Source of the DNA: a virus
Taxonomy: Duplodnaviria; Caudoviricetes
Strand: one strand, 5' to 3'
Virus record (IMG/VR): IMGVR_UViG_3300028832_000096
DNA: 64,000 nucleotides
Part shown: positions 40,698 to 49,980 of the stretch, piece after piece
Layout of the letters: each line of letters starts with the position of its first letter
Numbering within the stretch: the stretch's first letter is position 1
Translations under genes and position numbers: made by a program
Notes under the pieces: model-generated
The model's input: the letters and a program-made list of their open reading frames with translations, nothing else
Database searches by the model: none
Told to the model about the DNA's origin: nothing

Positions 40698-41038
40698 TAA
40701 AGATACATCATATCGAAAAGGTCCTGAGTGTATGTAAAGAGCTTCTTGTAGGATTTATTCTGCATCTTATACACTCTGTGCGTGCTCCGTGTGAACTTTG
40801 TCATTACTATGCGGTGCTTATAAGCCCAAGCACTCAAGCAGACAAACGCAGGATAGAATATCCTTCTGATGTAATTGAAATTGATTATGCAAACTGCAAG
40901 GACAAGAGATACAAACCAAACAAGAAGGAAAGGCTTTGTATATGTCCACCATTCAGCGCATTCTTTGATTCCAGATACCGCCAGGCCTGCGATAGCTGAA
41001 ATAGTTCCCAATGTGTAAACAATGATTTTCTTTACCAT
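40697..41038 (-). CDS. Membrane protein
   Basis: Two to three hydrophobic segments; GGAGGTG RBS; AATCGTTAT upstream. Confidence 0.65.
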   Translation of the reverse strand: MVKKIIVYTLGTISAIAGLAVSGIKECAEWWTYTKPFLLVWFVSLVLAVCIINFNYIRRIFYPAFVCLSAWAYKHRIVMTKFTRSTHRVYKMQNKSYKKLFTYTQDLFDMMYL

Positions 41039-41077
41039 ATTATTCACCTCCACTGTATATAACGATTCTGATTTTAT

Positions 41078-41776
41078 TTAATAATCTCCAGCCGCTAACT
41101 GGTCTGCAAACTGTGTAAGAATAACAAGTGGAATCTTATTTCCACATCTATTCAAATCATTAATGTCGTATGAAGTTACATCATAAGTATACATGTGCCA
41201 CCTAATTGCGGCCATTTCATCAAATGAAAGATTTGTAAGCGGAGTTGTACAAAACTGTGAAAGCATCATGAGGGACTGAGGTCCATGACCTAATCCAAGA
41301 TACTTATCGCTACACTTATACGCTAACTTTTCTTCCCAAAGCTGAGTCTTAGGATTCTTCTCATTCTTAATATATGATTCATATTTACCTATCTTACACC
41401 AATCATGGGTAAGTGCTACAAGTGTAGCTGATGCAATAGCAACCTTCTGAAAACTCTTTAGAGCATGCAGCTCTATCATCTTGTTGTAAACTTTAAGGGA
41501 ATGTAACAGAAGTCCTCCGTGAAAAGACTCATGATACTTTGTAGAAGCTGGTCCAGTATAAAAATCATTTGTTCTAAGCCATTCAATGATTGCTTTGATT
41601 GTAGGTATGACTTTTTCATATTCTGCATTATTTGCTCTCAAAGCAATAGAACCTGCAATAAGACTTTCATAGATAGAAATTCGAGCCTCTTGATGGTTAT
41701 TAACAATGTCCTGTTCCTGCCCTACCATTGCGATATACTTAGGCATATCAACAGCTAAGTTATCTAGATTAATCAT
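41078..41776 (-). CDS. HD-domain phosphohydrolase
   Basis: PASTKYH...GGLLLHS...LTHDWCK...GHG...AIRWHM...AD. Confidence 0.85.
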   Translation of the reverse strand: MINLDNLAVDMPKYIAMVGQEQDIVNNHQEARISIYESLIAGSIALRANNAEYEKVIPTIKAIIEWLRTNDFYTGPASTKYHESFHGGLLLHSLKVYNKMIELHALKSFQKVAIASATLVALTHDWCKIGKYESYIKNEKNPKTQLWEEKLAYKCSDKYLGLGHGPQSLMMLSQFCTTPLTNLSFDEMAAIRWHMYTYDVTSYDINDLNRCGNKIPLVILTQFADQLAAGDY

Positions 41777-41782
41777 AAAAAT

Positions 41783-41830
41783 CCTCCTGAATCGTATTGG
41801 ATGTGGTGATGTATATAACGATTCAGGAGG
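41783..41830 (-). promoter_or_regulatory. RBS-sequestering hairpin with promoter motif in its 5' arm
   Basis: CCTCCTGAATCGT...ACGATTCAGGAGG 13-bp stem; 3' arm holds the HD gene SD, 5' arm overlaps AATCGTTAT. Confidence 0.7.
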
Positions 41831-41860
41831 CTGCTATAAGTATGTACTACATATACAAGG

Positions 41861-42577
41861 TTAACTACATTCTGAGCACCATTTACAATGGCATCTAGTG
41901 TCTTTCAGGAAATAGTTATTGTAGTGTTTATACTTTTTGAATCGACTGGGACTGCCCTGCCTATAAGATATTGAATTAAAGTTCATCACATTATGAGGAA
42001 TCTCATTATTATGAACCATTCGATATGCTAACAGTATCGCTAATTGAGCTTTTTTGTCATTTGCATTTCCGTGAATTTCTGTTTTCTTTTGTCCTCGCAT
42101 TGTAAACTGGCCACCTTGATACATTACTTTTTTAATTGTATCAGGATACTGTTTACAATATTTCCTATTCCACACTACAGCCGCTACTAATATTTTGTCC
42201 TGCATTTTTGGACCTGCTTCACGATTAACTAATTTGACAAAGGTCTTGAAGGTATTCTTATTCATATGAAGCAGTTTTGCCTTTTGCTTCAATGAAAGCG
42301 CGTTAAGTTCGCTTTCAGTCATTGTGTAGATTGTTTTCTTAACCGGTGCTTCAATTTCATCCGGAAGGTCTGCAACAAGTTCTGCAGAGTTCTCATGTCT
42401 CGTGTTTTCTTCTAATTTTTTGTTACTTTCACTATATTTGCTACCATCTTCGTCAACACAACTAATTTGATAAGATATTATAGTACGGTCTAACCTTTCT
42501 GGGGGTTGTGGTGCTTTTACTATGGCAACAAACATCGGAAATACTGCCAATAGTTCTAGAACAGTATTAAACATCAT
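41861..42577 (-). CDS. SleB/Hydrolase_2 family cell wall hydrolase
   Basis: LVNREAG...VAAVVWNR...YPDTIKKVMYQGGQF; N-terminal hydrophobic anchor. Confidence 0.8.
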   Translation of the reverse strand: MMFNTVLELLAVFPMFVAIVKAPQPPERLDRTIISYQISCVDEDGSKYSESNKKLEENTRHENSAELVADLPDEIEAPVKKTIYTMTESELNALSLKQKAKLLHMNKNTFKTFVKLVNREAGPKMQDKILVAAVVWNRKYCKQYPDTIKKVMYQGGQFTMRGQKKTEIHGNANDKKAQLAILLAYRMVHNNEIPHNVMNFNSISYRQGSPSRFKKYKHYNNYFLKDTRCHCKWCSECS

Positions 42578-42630
42578 AGTTCTCCTTTTGTAATAAAGTG
42601 TGTGGAAATAGGGAGGAAAGAAAAAGAAAA

Positions 42631-42826
42631 GCCATTTATTCGACTAGGAGCAAAGAAATAAATGGCGAAAGACTTTACTCGAAAGTTCGCTTTATTTTCA
42701 CGGAGCGTAACTCATGGTTACATAATACACAGAGCGAACTTACAAGAGCTGTTGCTATTGGCACACGTATGCCTGAACCATGTGCCATAGAATATAACGA
42801 TTCAATTAGCGATAAAAGGCAGCTCT
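42631..42826 (-). ncRNA. Unknown structured ncRNA, copy A
   Basis: Pseudoknot and long hairpins conserved with compensatory changes in copy B (49812-49980). Confidence 0.65.
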
Positions 42827-42854
42827 GTAATTAGTTAAGGTTTTGGCTGTATTT

Positions 42855-44453
42855 TCAAACCTCATATTTACATTTATTTGGGAACTTTTCTTCAAGCAAT
42901 TTAAGTAATTCTTCGCGTGTCTTTTTATAATCTTTCACTTTATCTGAGTCATTTAAACAAACTACCTGTAACATATCACTAAATAATGCCCTACGTATAT
43001 CCGTCATACTTTCGTGCATATCTATGTACATGTAACCACAGATGTCATTAACATAATTGTCTGTGTAATATTCATAATAAGGATAAATATATTGGTTCAG
43101 ATTCTTAGGCATTCTAAGCCTAGAAACGCTACGCTCTATCGCAGCTTTGCAAGCTTCACCGACAATTTCCGTTGTTGACTTACGCATAGGCATGATGCCA
43201 TGTTCAGGGCATATTAACTTACCAACAGGATACTTTTCTTTGTGGAAGGTGTTAGCAATTAAATCTAAACCATTTCGACAATGAACTCTATACAGGTTGT
43301 TAGTAGGATAGGACTCATGACGTAAGAAGTCGATATGCGGTTTACCATCAGTAAAAAAATCTCCAACAACTAATGGATTTATTGGAAACATATCATCGTT
43401 GAAGTACAAGAAATATTCTGATAGGTCAGGAATGTTATACAAGAAACATTCGATAGTGCAACTATTGAATGTAGGCAAAAACTGAGCAGGTATGAAGTCC
43501 CTATGGTAAACAATTTTAACATTTTCTTGATTAAGCCATTCAGGCGCTTGACTTTCACGAGCGAGGAGAAGTATTACATTTCGGACAAAAGGCATGTTGT
43601 CTGAAATACTTCTAAGTAAATATTTCAATGAACCCCAATCTCTAAATCTTACATTGCTTACTGTATAGATACCTGTAGTGGTTGTATAGTCCTTCATCCA
43701 CAATTTGTCTCTAGCATTTACATAAGGAATAACAACATCAATATCAGATATATCGCTACCTTCATAATGCTGTCGTTGTGTTGCTTTGATTAAAGCAGAA
43801 GTATATCTCCGCATGTAATTCCAGTTGTAAATTTGTTCTTTTGCCCAACTAGAAGGACATTGTCCAGGACCTACATACTTGAACGAAGTTTCAGTCACAC
43901 AGTCCTTTGGAAAATCAAACGCTTTATCTGGAAATTGCTGAAAACACATTGCAACAAACAAATCGTCTTCAAAGCCTTGACTGATTTCTGGATTCATGTC
44001 AGGCATATCAATTTGACTGTATATCTCCTTTGATACAGCAAGTAGCATCAAAGGGCATGCGGTATGTCGTATAACACCTATACCGCCAGGATGATTATCT
44101 ATTTCTGAAAGGTATATAGACGGGTCATCACACTGAATCATACCGTCATCATCTAGCATTATAAGATAATCATAATTTGATTTAATAAACTGTTTTCTAA
44201 GCTCTCTGCGTGCTCCTAGTATTCCGAGTTTATCATATCTTAGAATTTTCAGTTTGTTTTTAATTTCAGGTGGTTGATAGTCTTGCCAATTCTGAGCAAT
44301 TATTAGAATATCAACTTCCGGCCATAATTCCGAGAGCTTACATAGTAATTCGGAACATCTCCTACTTCTCTCACGACGTGTTTCAATATGATACTCAGTA
44401 TCATTGTTAGGGAAGTAAGATACAATTCCGAATACTTTCTTAAGTGATTGCAT
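42855..44453 (-). CDS. GT-A-like domain fused to Stealth family hexose-1-phosphate transferase (paralogue 1)
   Basis: YLIMLDDD; CR1 IDVVIPYVN; CR2 RF...LKYLLRSI...LPTFNS..IE...FLYFNDD; CR4 VCLND. Confidence 0.85.
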   Translation of the reverse strand: MQSLKKVFGIVSYFPNNDTEYHIETRRERSRRCSELLCKLSELWPEVDILIIAQNWQDYQPPEIKNKLKILRYDKLGILGARRELRKQFIKSNYDYLIMLDDDGMIQCDDPSIYLSEIDNHPGGIGVIRHTACPLMLLAVSKEIYSQIDMPDMNPEISQGFEDDLFVAMCFQQFPDKAFDFPKDCVTETSFKYVGPGQCPSSWAKEQIYNWNYMRRYTSALIKATQRQHYEGSDISDIDVVIPYVNARDKLWMKDYTTTTGIYTVSNVRFRDWGSLKYLLRSISDNMPFVRNVILLLARESQAPEWLNQENVKIVYHRDFIPAQFLPTFNSCTIECFLYNIPDLSEYFLYFNDDMFPINPLVVGDFFTDGKPHIDFLRHESYPTNNLYRVHCRNGLDLIANTFHKEKYPVGKLICPEHGIMPMRKSTTEIVGEACKAAIERSVSRLRMPKNLNQYIYPYYEYYTDNYVNDICGYMYIDMHESMTDIRRALFSDMLQVVCLNDSDKVKDYKKTREELLKLLEEKFPNKCKYEV

Positions 44454-44478
44454 TGTTAACTAAGGAGTTCTCCTAGTG

Positions 44479-44835
44479 TTACTCCTCTTCCTCGGGATAA
44501 TCTTTAATTATCCATCTGAGAAGCTGAGTTGTGTCCTTATTGCAAAGCGGGCAGATGCCATTGATGCTATCAACTTCCTGCTCAGATGCAATCATAGCTG
44601 AAATGAAAATACCTTTGCAGTTATCGCATTCTGCGATAAGATGGTTTACAATATTGTTATCGACGTCAATAGCAACGTCATCTTCCTCAATATTTTCGCC
44701 CTCTTCAATAGCTTCCTCTTCTTCTACGTCTTCACCAATAGTTTCCTCAGGTGCATCCATTACGTCATCAAAGAGAGACTCGTCTTCTGAAAAGTCGTCA
44801 TCCGCAGCAAAAATAGGTCTTTTTGTAATCTTCAT
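44479..44835 (-). CDS. Acidic Zn-finger protein with MKITKRPIFAA leader
   Basis: Asp/Glu tract then CDNC...CPLC; GGAGG RBS; AACCTT upstream. Confidence 0.7.
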   Translation of the reverse strand: MKITKRPIFAADDDFSEDESLFDDVMDAPEETIGEDVEEEEAIEEGENIEEDDVAIDVDNNIVNHLIAECDNCKGIFISAMIASEQEVDSINGICPLCNKDTTQLLRWIIKDYPEEEE

Positions 44836-44892
44836 TTGTTATGCCTCCATACATACTGAACCAATCAGTTAGGATAATTGTATAAAAGGTTA

Positions 44893-45816
44893 TCAAACTG
44901 CAACTACTCTATTGAAAATCTGATTAAGTGCTACAGAAAGAAGTGTAGTATTTACAAACATTGCGTCTGCTGTAGGCTTACGCTGACTTACATGATGAGT
45001 AAGATAATCGGCCGCACCGTTGATAACACCCCAAGCGGTTCCATTGAAGTTCTGATTGTCATCACTCTTGTAGCATGAAAGGAACTCCGCTCTGTTCATT
45101 TCAAAGTTAGTTACCTGACGATTAGTCATCTTCTCAGGGTCATACTTGAATACTTCGTTGAAAATCTTGATAATCTGGTCCTGAGAAATCTTCTTCTTAG
45201 CAAGCTCCTCGGCCGTATCTTCAAATGTAGACATATAAGTTGCTACATCATGCATCATGTTTCTTGCAGTAACAAGCCTTGTATCCATCTTAGACGAATG
45301 AACGATTCTTACTGTGTTAGATGCTTCTCTGAAAGCAAGGTTAAACTGATTCTGGCAAACAATTCTCAAAGGAGAAATTGTAGCTTTGACGGAATTCATA
45401 CCGTCATGAGAATTCTGGAATATGATATAAGGAGTGATAGCATCACCAAGAAGTGTGATATCAGGAATCTTAGCGATAATGTAAACAAGGCCTTTAGTGC
45501 TTCCATTAGAAATTTCGCCTGCTTTAACATACTGGAAACCTTCGTTGTCGTTTCCGATATAGTCGATAAAGTTGAAGGCGTCTCTATTCTGGCAGATTTC
45601 GTACTTAGATGAAACTGCGTTGTAAACAAAGCCAGTAGACTCATTAACAGTAAGAACCTTATCCGGATAGTCGTAATAAGTTTCACCGTCAGGTCCAAGA
45701 TACTTGATACCTTTCTTAATGACATTGTAATTCAGCCCTGCTGCATTGAGGACTTCTTCAGAAGTCTTGCAAGCTGAAATGTCGGTTCCGATTGATGCAA
45801 AAGTTGATGTACGCAT
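44893..45816 (-). CDS. DUF932/DUF945 family phage/plasmid-like protein
   Basis: VSSKYEICQN..AF, NSHDG, P.RIVCQN, GTAWG..N...DY..H. Confidence 0.85.
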   Translation of the reverse strand: MRTSTFASIGTDISACKTSEEVLNAAGLNYNVIKKGIKYLGPDGETYYDYPDKVLTVNESTGFVYNAVSSKYEICQNRDAFNFIDYIGNDNEGFQYVKAGEISNGSTKGLVYIIAKIPDITLLGDAITPYIIFQNSHDGMNSVKATISPLRIVCQNQFNLAFREASNTVRIVHSSKMDTRLVTARNMMHDVATYMSTFEDTAEELAKKKISQDQIIKIFNEVFKYDPEKMTNRQVTNFEMNRAEFLSCYKSDDNQNFNGTAWGVINGAADYLTHHVSQRKPTADAMFVNTTLLSVALNQIFNRVVAV

Positions 45817-45930
45817 ATTGATGCCTCCTTTAGATGAGTGTATTTTTCTTCTACATCGTACATAACGATTCAAATGATACTAAAAATAAAAGAGGCCTAG
45901 TGGCCTCCTTTAATATAAATACATACATAA

Positions 45931-46068
45931 TTATTGCTGAGGTTCAGCCGGTTTTTCTTTGATACATCTGCCTAATACACAAGTATGACGATACAAATCT
46001 TTTGTTATTTTTTCGCTATAATGATACTGGCATTTCTTGCAGTCATCTGTGAATAATTTATTGTTCAT
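45931..46068 (-). CDS. Small Cys-rich protein (not in ORF track)
   Basis: MNNKLFTDDCKKCQYH... 45 aa followed by GAGGCC hairpin at ~45890-45910. Confidence 0.4.
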   Translation of the reverse strand: MNNKLFTDDCKKCQYHYSEKITKDLYRHTCVLGRCIKEKPAEPQQ

Positions 46069-46327
46069 AGAATGTGTTGAATTCACTAGTAACCGCACCA
46101 TCTTTCATTGCTGCTTGATAGATTTCGCAACCATCTTCTTCTGCGATATAAGCAGCTAAGAATGTATCTAAATCATTTGCTTTAGTATGTAAAGTTGTTT
46201 TATGGGCTTCCCAGTAAGAGTTTAACCAATCACCGGAAACTACAAAATTGACTTCTCCAATAGGGTCATCGGAATCTTTGGTATAAATCCACATTCTATT
46301 TAATTCATACTCAAATTTGACAGTCAT
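46058..46327 (-). CDS. Hypothetical protein
   Basis: AGGAG RBS. Confidence 0.65.
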   Translation of the reverse strand: MTVKFEYELNRMWIYTKDSDDPIGEVNFVVSGDWLNSYWEAHKTTLHTKANDLDTFLAAYIAEEDGCEIYQAAMKDGAVTSEFNTFYEQ

Positions 46328-46341
46328 AGAAATCTCCTGTA

Positions 46342-46785
46342 TTAGGCTTCATCAGATTTAACTGAAACATCGTCTGCTATTTCTTCGGGCTCACTTGCAG
46401 GTTCTGGTTTACGAGATACTAATATGTGGGCGGCTGTAAGAAGATAAGCACAATACATATTGATATCAAATGTGTTTCCAGGTTTAATAGATGCAAACAG
46501 CATCTTAGCAGCATTTGTTGTCATTTCTCCTAAAGTCATTCCATTAGGAATTTTTACATCTTCAGGAATACCGAGGATAGTATCAACTAAATCTACTTCA
46601 GCATAACTGCAAGCGTAGATTACAGAATGATAAAGAGAAATGACATCTCCGTTATTTTGAAAGTTTGCAAGTTCAATCATCGCACGACGGCCAGATGCTT
46701 TCTGCTCGTTGCTAATGAAATTGCCCTCATCGTCTTTGATTGCATCAGGCATGTAAGGAATGAGCATGTCGTAAAAAAGTTCCAT
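46342..46785 (-). CDS. Hypothetical protein
   Basis: AGGAGG RBS. Confidence 0.7.
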   Translation of the reverse strand: MELFYDMLIPYMPDAIKDDEGNFISNEQKASGRRAMIELANFQNNGDVISLYHSVIYACSYAEVDLVDTILGIPEDVKIPNGMTLGEMTTNAAKMLFASIKPGNTFDINMYCAYLLTAAHILVSRKPEPASEPEEIADDVSVKSDEA

Positions 46786-46808
46786 AGTGTCCTCCTATTT
46801 ATTAAATA

Positions 46809-48638
46809 TTATTTAGTGTTTCCAAACAAAATCTCAAATAATTCAGGATTATTCTTAAATGACAATTTATTATCGACTATATACTTTGCAATTCCGTCTT
46901 TGTCCTGAATTAATTTATATACTTTCTCATCTACGGTATCTTTAGTAATGATGCTGTAGATGTTTACAGTACTATTAGTACCTGCCCTATGACATCTGTC
47001 TTCTGCTTGCTCCATCGTGGCAGGGTTCCAAGGTAAGTCGTAGAATATTACATTATTTGCAACAGTAAGTGTATGTGATACTCCTAATGCTCCGATAGTA
47101 CCTATCATGATTTTGCGCTCAGGGTCTTGTATAAACTGGTGTTTCTGCTCTTCTCTATCATTTGTATTAACACCAGTATAACAACAAATGTTCTTATGAT
47201 ACAAAGCAAGAAAGCGATAAATAGTCCTGAGCGACTCAACCCAGTTAGAAAATATTACAACTTTCTCACCGCTCGAAACAATTGTATCTACTAAGTCCAG
47301 CAATCTTGTCATTTTAGAGTTCTTAGTTAGATATGCTCTATCAATTTTAAGAGATGTATCAACTAATTCGGGACTTCCATTTACTTGGCGAAGTTTCAAT
47401 AACCGAACCATAGGATTAACTGCGGTCAATATTTCTTCTCTATGCGCTTTAGTATCAGCTAATACTTCTTCATAGAGTTTTGCTTGATAAGTAGTATTTT
47501 CAACATATTCAATTGTATGTATTTTAGGCGGAAGGTCTAATACATCTTTCTTCAATCGTCTTAGCATATTATTCTGCAAGAGATGTTTAAGTTGCGGGAT
47601 ATTCTTATACGCAATTATATCGTGATTACCGAAACCGCCATATACACAGAAATTCTGACACCACAACTGATAATTGTTAAATGTATGACCATCTACAAGT
47701 TTAAGCGGAGTAAATACATCTGTAGGTTTGTTTACAATAGGTGTGCCGGTCATAGGTAACCAAAGAATCTTAGACCCTTCAGTATCCTTTTTCAACTTAA
47801 GTACTTGACGGCCTTGTTTAGAAGAGGGAGAAATTCCTCTATGACATTCATCTAAAATAACCATCCCGATATAACCTTTGTTGAAAAGTTTTGTAAGCTG
47901 CTCTCTAAACAGATAATGTCTGTCTTTGCGCATGTGTAAAACTTCAACATTTGTTACTAAAAAGAAAGGAAGCGGTGGTTGGTCCTTCTTTCCATACATA
48001 TGGCCACAAATCAAATCATCTAACTTCTCTTTACTGCCACCATCATATCTTACAGTTCCATCACGCTTCAGGCGAGAACCTAAAAGATAAGGTACTTCTT
48101 GTCCATTAGAATGTTTCTTGATGTCCTCTATCCAGTTAAATTTAGCTGAGTTTACACAAGCAATAATTAAACAGTGTTTTATTTTATTAACTTTGCGATT
48201 ATACAATGCAAGATTCATCGCTTGCAAGGTCTTTCCAAGACCAGGTTCATCTGCAAGTATGAACCCGCTAAACAGACCTCTATTCTGTCTATCGATAGAA
48301 TACCGCATAAAATCAAGCTGATGATTAAATAAATGATAACCATCTTGAACACTTAGCGGTACTTTAGATAAATCAATATTAGGAATTGCAGATTCTGGTG
48401 TAGCATCAATATTAGCGTTTTGATTTATATGCTCAGCAGAATAAACTTGAAGTTGATTTTCATATTGCGAACCACGCAGTTGTGAAATTAAGAAACCTAA
48501 TCTGTCAAGTGGAATAGTCCAATACTTATTATCGTTATCCCATCTACGACCCGGAACGCTTTTTATAATATAAAGCAATTGCGGGTTATATGGAAATCTA
48601 ATAATATAGACATCTTGATTTTGTACTGCAGTTATCAT
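46809..48638 (-). CDS. SNF2 family helicase with HARP-like N-terminus
   Basis: ILADEPGLGKT, LDECH, MTGTPIVN, MLRRLK, KVVIFS, WNP...QAEDRCHRAG. Confidence 0.92.
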   Translation of the reverse strand: MITAVQNQDVYIIRFPYNPQLLYIIKSVPGRRWDNDNKYWTIPLDRLGFLISQLRGSQYENQLQVYSAEHINQNANIDATPESAIPNIDLSKVPLSVQDGYHLFNHQLDFMRYSIDRQNRGLFSGFILADEPGLGKTLQAMNLALYNRKVNKIKHCLIIACVNSAKFNWIEDIKKHSNGQEVPYLLGSRLKRDGTVRYDGGSKEKLDDLICGHMYGKKDQPPLPFFLVTNVEVLHMRKDRHYLFREQLTKLFNKGYIGMVILDECHRGISPSSKQGRQVLKLKKDTEGSKILWLPMTGTPIVNKPTDVFTPLKLVDGHTFNNYQLWCQNFCVYGGFGNHDIIAYKNIPQLKHLLQNNMLRRLKKDVLDLPPKIHTIEYVENTTYQAKLYEEVLADTKAHREEILTAVNPMVRLLKLRQVNGSPELVDTSLKIDRAYLTKNSKMTRLLDLVDTIVSSGEKVVIFSNWVESLRTIYRFLALYHKNICCYTGVNTNDREEQKHQFIQDPERKIMIGTIGALGVSHTLTVANNVIFYDLPWNPATMEQAEDRCHRAGTNSTVNIYSIITKDTVDEKVYKLIQDKDGIAKYIVDNKLSFKNNPELFEILFGNTK

Positions 48639-48744
48639 TAATTACACCTTGTACTACCTTGAGATTTAAGCGAGATTTAATTTTTGCTAATTTACTACAT
48701 AAAGTATAGTAAATCTATAATAGCGCCTTAGCTCGCCTAAGTTA

Positions 48745-49398
48745 TCACCAAACGAAGCTATGGTTAAATTCTTCGCCATTATCAATGATGATATCTTGTG
48801 CTGTGCAGCTCTTATTTATTACTGCGAGGAAATAAATCCAATCGGCTGCTTCATCTGAAGTAGCCCATTTATGCAATGGCGTCATACTCATTATCTTATT
48901 CCATTTCTTAGTGTCATTAATTACATTCCAGTTAACAGGAGATAAAACACCGCCAAAACTTAAACTATTGCAAGTAGCGCCATACTTAGCAATTTCTTTC
49001 GCTGTGTATTTTGTATAAGCAATTACGCCACCTTTGCTTGCTACATACTCACCAAAATCTGCACCTGTTGTTCCAGAAGCAGCTGCTTGATTAACTACTG
49101 ATTTAATATCTTTGTTATTGAGTGCATACTTTTCAGTACAGTTGATTAGACCTCTAAGGTTTACATCAATATCAGTTTCCGTACCTTGCACACCTGCATT
49201 GTTGATTAATATATTTACTTCTTTAATATCAGGGAGTTCGTCTTTCTTGGAAACATCAGCAACTACATGCGTATAGTTATCATCAATGATGTTAGACGGA
49301 GCTACATCAATTCCGATAACTACATGACCCTCTGATAAAAACTTAATAGCAGTTTCTCTGCCCATTCCGCGAGATGTGCCGGTTATTACTACGTTCAT
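48745..49398 (-). CDS. Short-chain dehydrogenase/reductase
   Basis: TGTSRGMG, INNAG, YVASK. Confidence 0.9.
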   Translation of the reverse strand: MNVVITGTSRGMGRETAIKFLSEGHVVIGIDVAPSNIIDDNYTHVVADVSKKDELPDIKEVNILINNAGVQGTETDIDVNLRGLINCTEKYALNNKDIKSVVNQAAASGTTGADFGEYVASKGGVIAYTKYTAKEIAKYGATCNSLSFGGVLSPVNWNVINDTKKWNKIMSMTPLHKWATSDEAADWIYFLAVINKSCTAQDIIIDNGEEFNHSFVW

Positions 49399-49408
49399 AA
49401 GTAACTCC

Positions 49409-49702
49409 TTAGTTAGGTAAAATCAATTTTGATTTCTTGAGGAGGGCCTGGTGAACAAGTCCTTCTAATCTCCTTAATGCTTCTGCATCATAATCTTGAA
49501 GCGCAACTGCAATCTTATCATTAGTTTCAGGCAAACAGAGGCACTTACATCCATTGTCCTGACAATAACTAATTAAATCTTGCAATGCGTCTGATGTCAT
49601 ATCAGGGTCTTTTGTTGAATCATATGTAACGAAGATAAATTCACCTTCCTCACACTTGATTAGTTTCTTCAATACGTCGTTGTTGATTTCTTGTATTTCC
49701 AT
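49409..49702 (-). CDS. Hypothetical protein
   Basis: AAGGAG RBS. Confidence 0.7.
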   Translation of the reverse strand: MEIQEINNDVLKKLIKCEEGEFIFVTYDSTKDPDMTSDALQDLISYCQDNGCKCLCLPETNDKIAVALQDYDAEALRRLEGLVHQALLKKSKLILPN

Positions 49703-49729
49703 AAGTAACTCCTTATAGTAAATCTATTT

Positions 49730-49803
49730 TGGCTGAGGTACGTGGAGTCGAACCACGATTCACAGAGTCAAAGTCTGCTGTACTACCGTTATACGATACC
49801 TCA
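49730..49803 (-). tRNA. tRNA-Gln(UUG)
   Basis: TGAGGTA acceptor stem, anticodon loop CTTTGAC, GGTTCGACTCC T arm, encoded CCA. Confidence 0.92.
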
Positions 49804-49811
49804 GTATATGA

Positions 49812-49980
49812 CTACTTATTCGACAAGGGATACAGAATAAGTAGACGAAGACTGTATCCGAAAGTTCGCTTGAGGTTTTCTCGGAGCACATACCGGAAAT
49901 TACAGAGCGAGCTTACAAGACCTGCATGTCTGAAACTCTCCCAACAAGGAGTTACACCTTGTAAGCGTTTGCCTGGGAGA
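49812..49980 (-). ncRNA. Unknown structured ncRNA, copy B
   Basis: Homologous to 42631-42826 with covarying stems; ends a few nt before tRNA-Gln 5' end. Confidence 0.65.

Noticed and set aside
42598-42834. Plus-strand 78-aa ORF sharing RLY.KVR and QSELTR with ORF 49729-50088
   Set aside because: Opposite to all genes; similarity is explained by the conserved RNA structure
49700-49980. Theta (HDV-like) ribozyme associated with the tRNA
   Set aside because: The structured element is 5' of the tRNA rather than in the 3' trailer, and I could not fit the HDV fold
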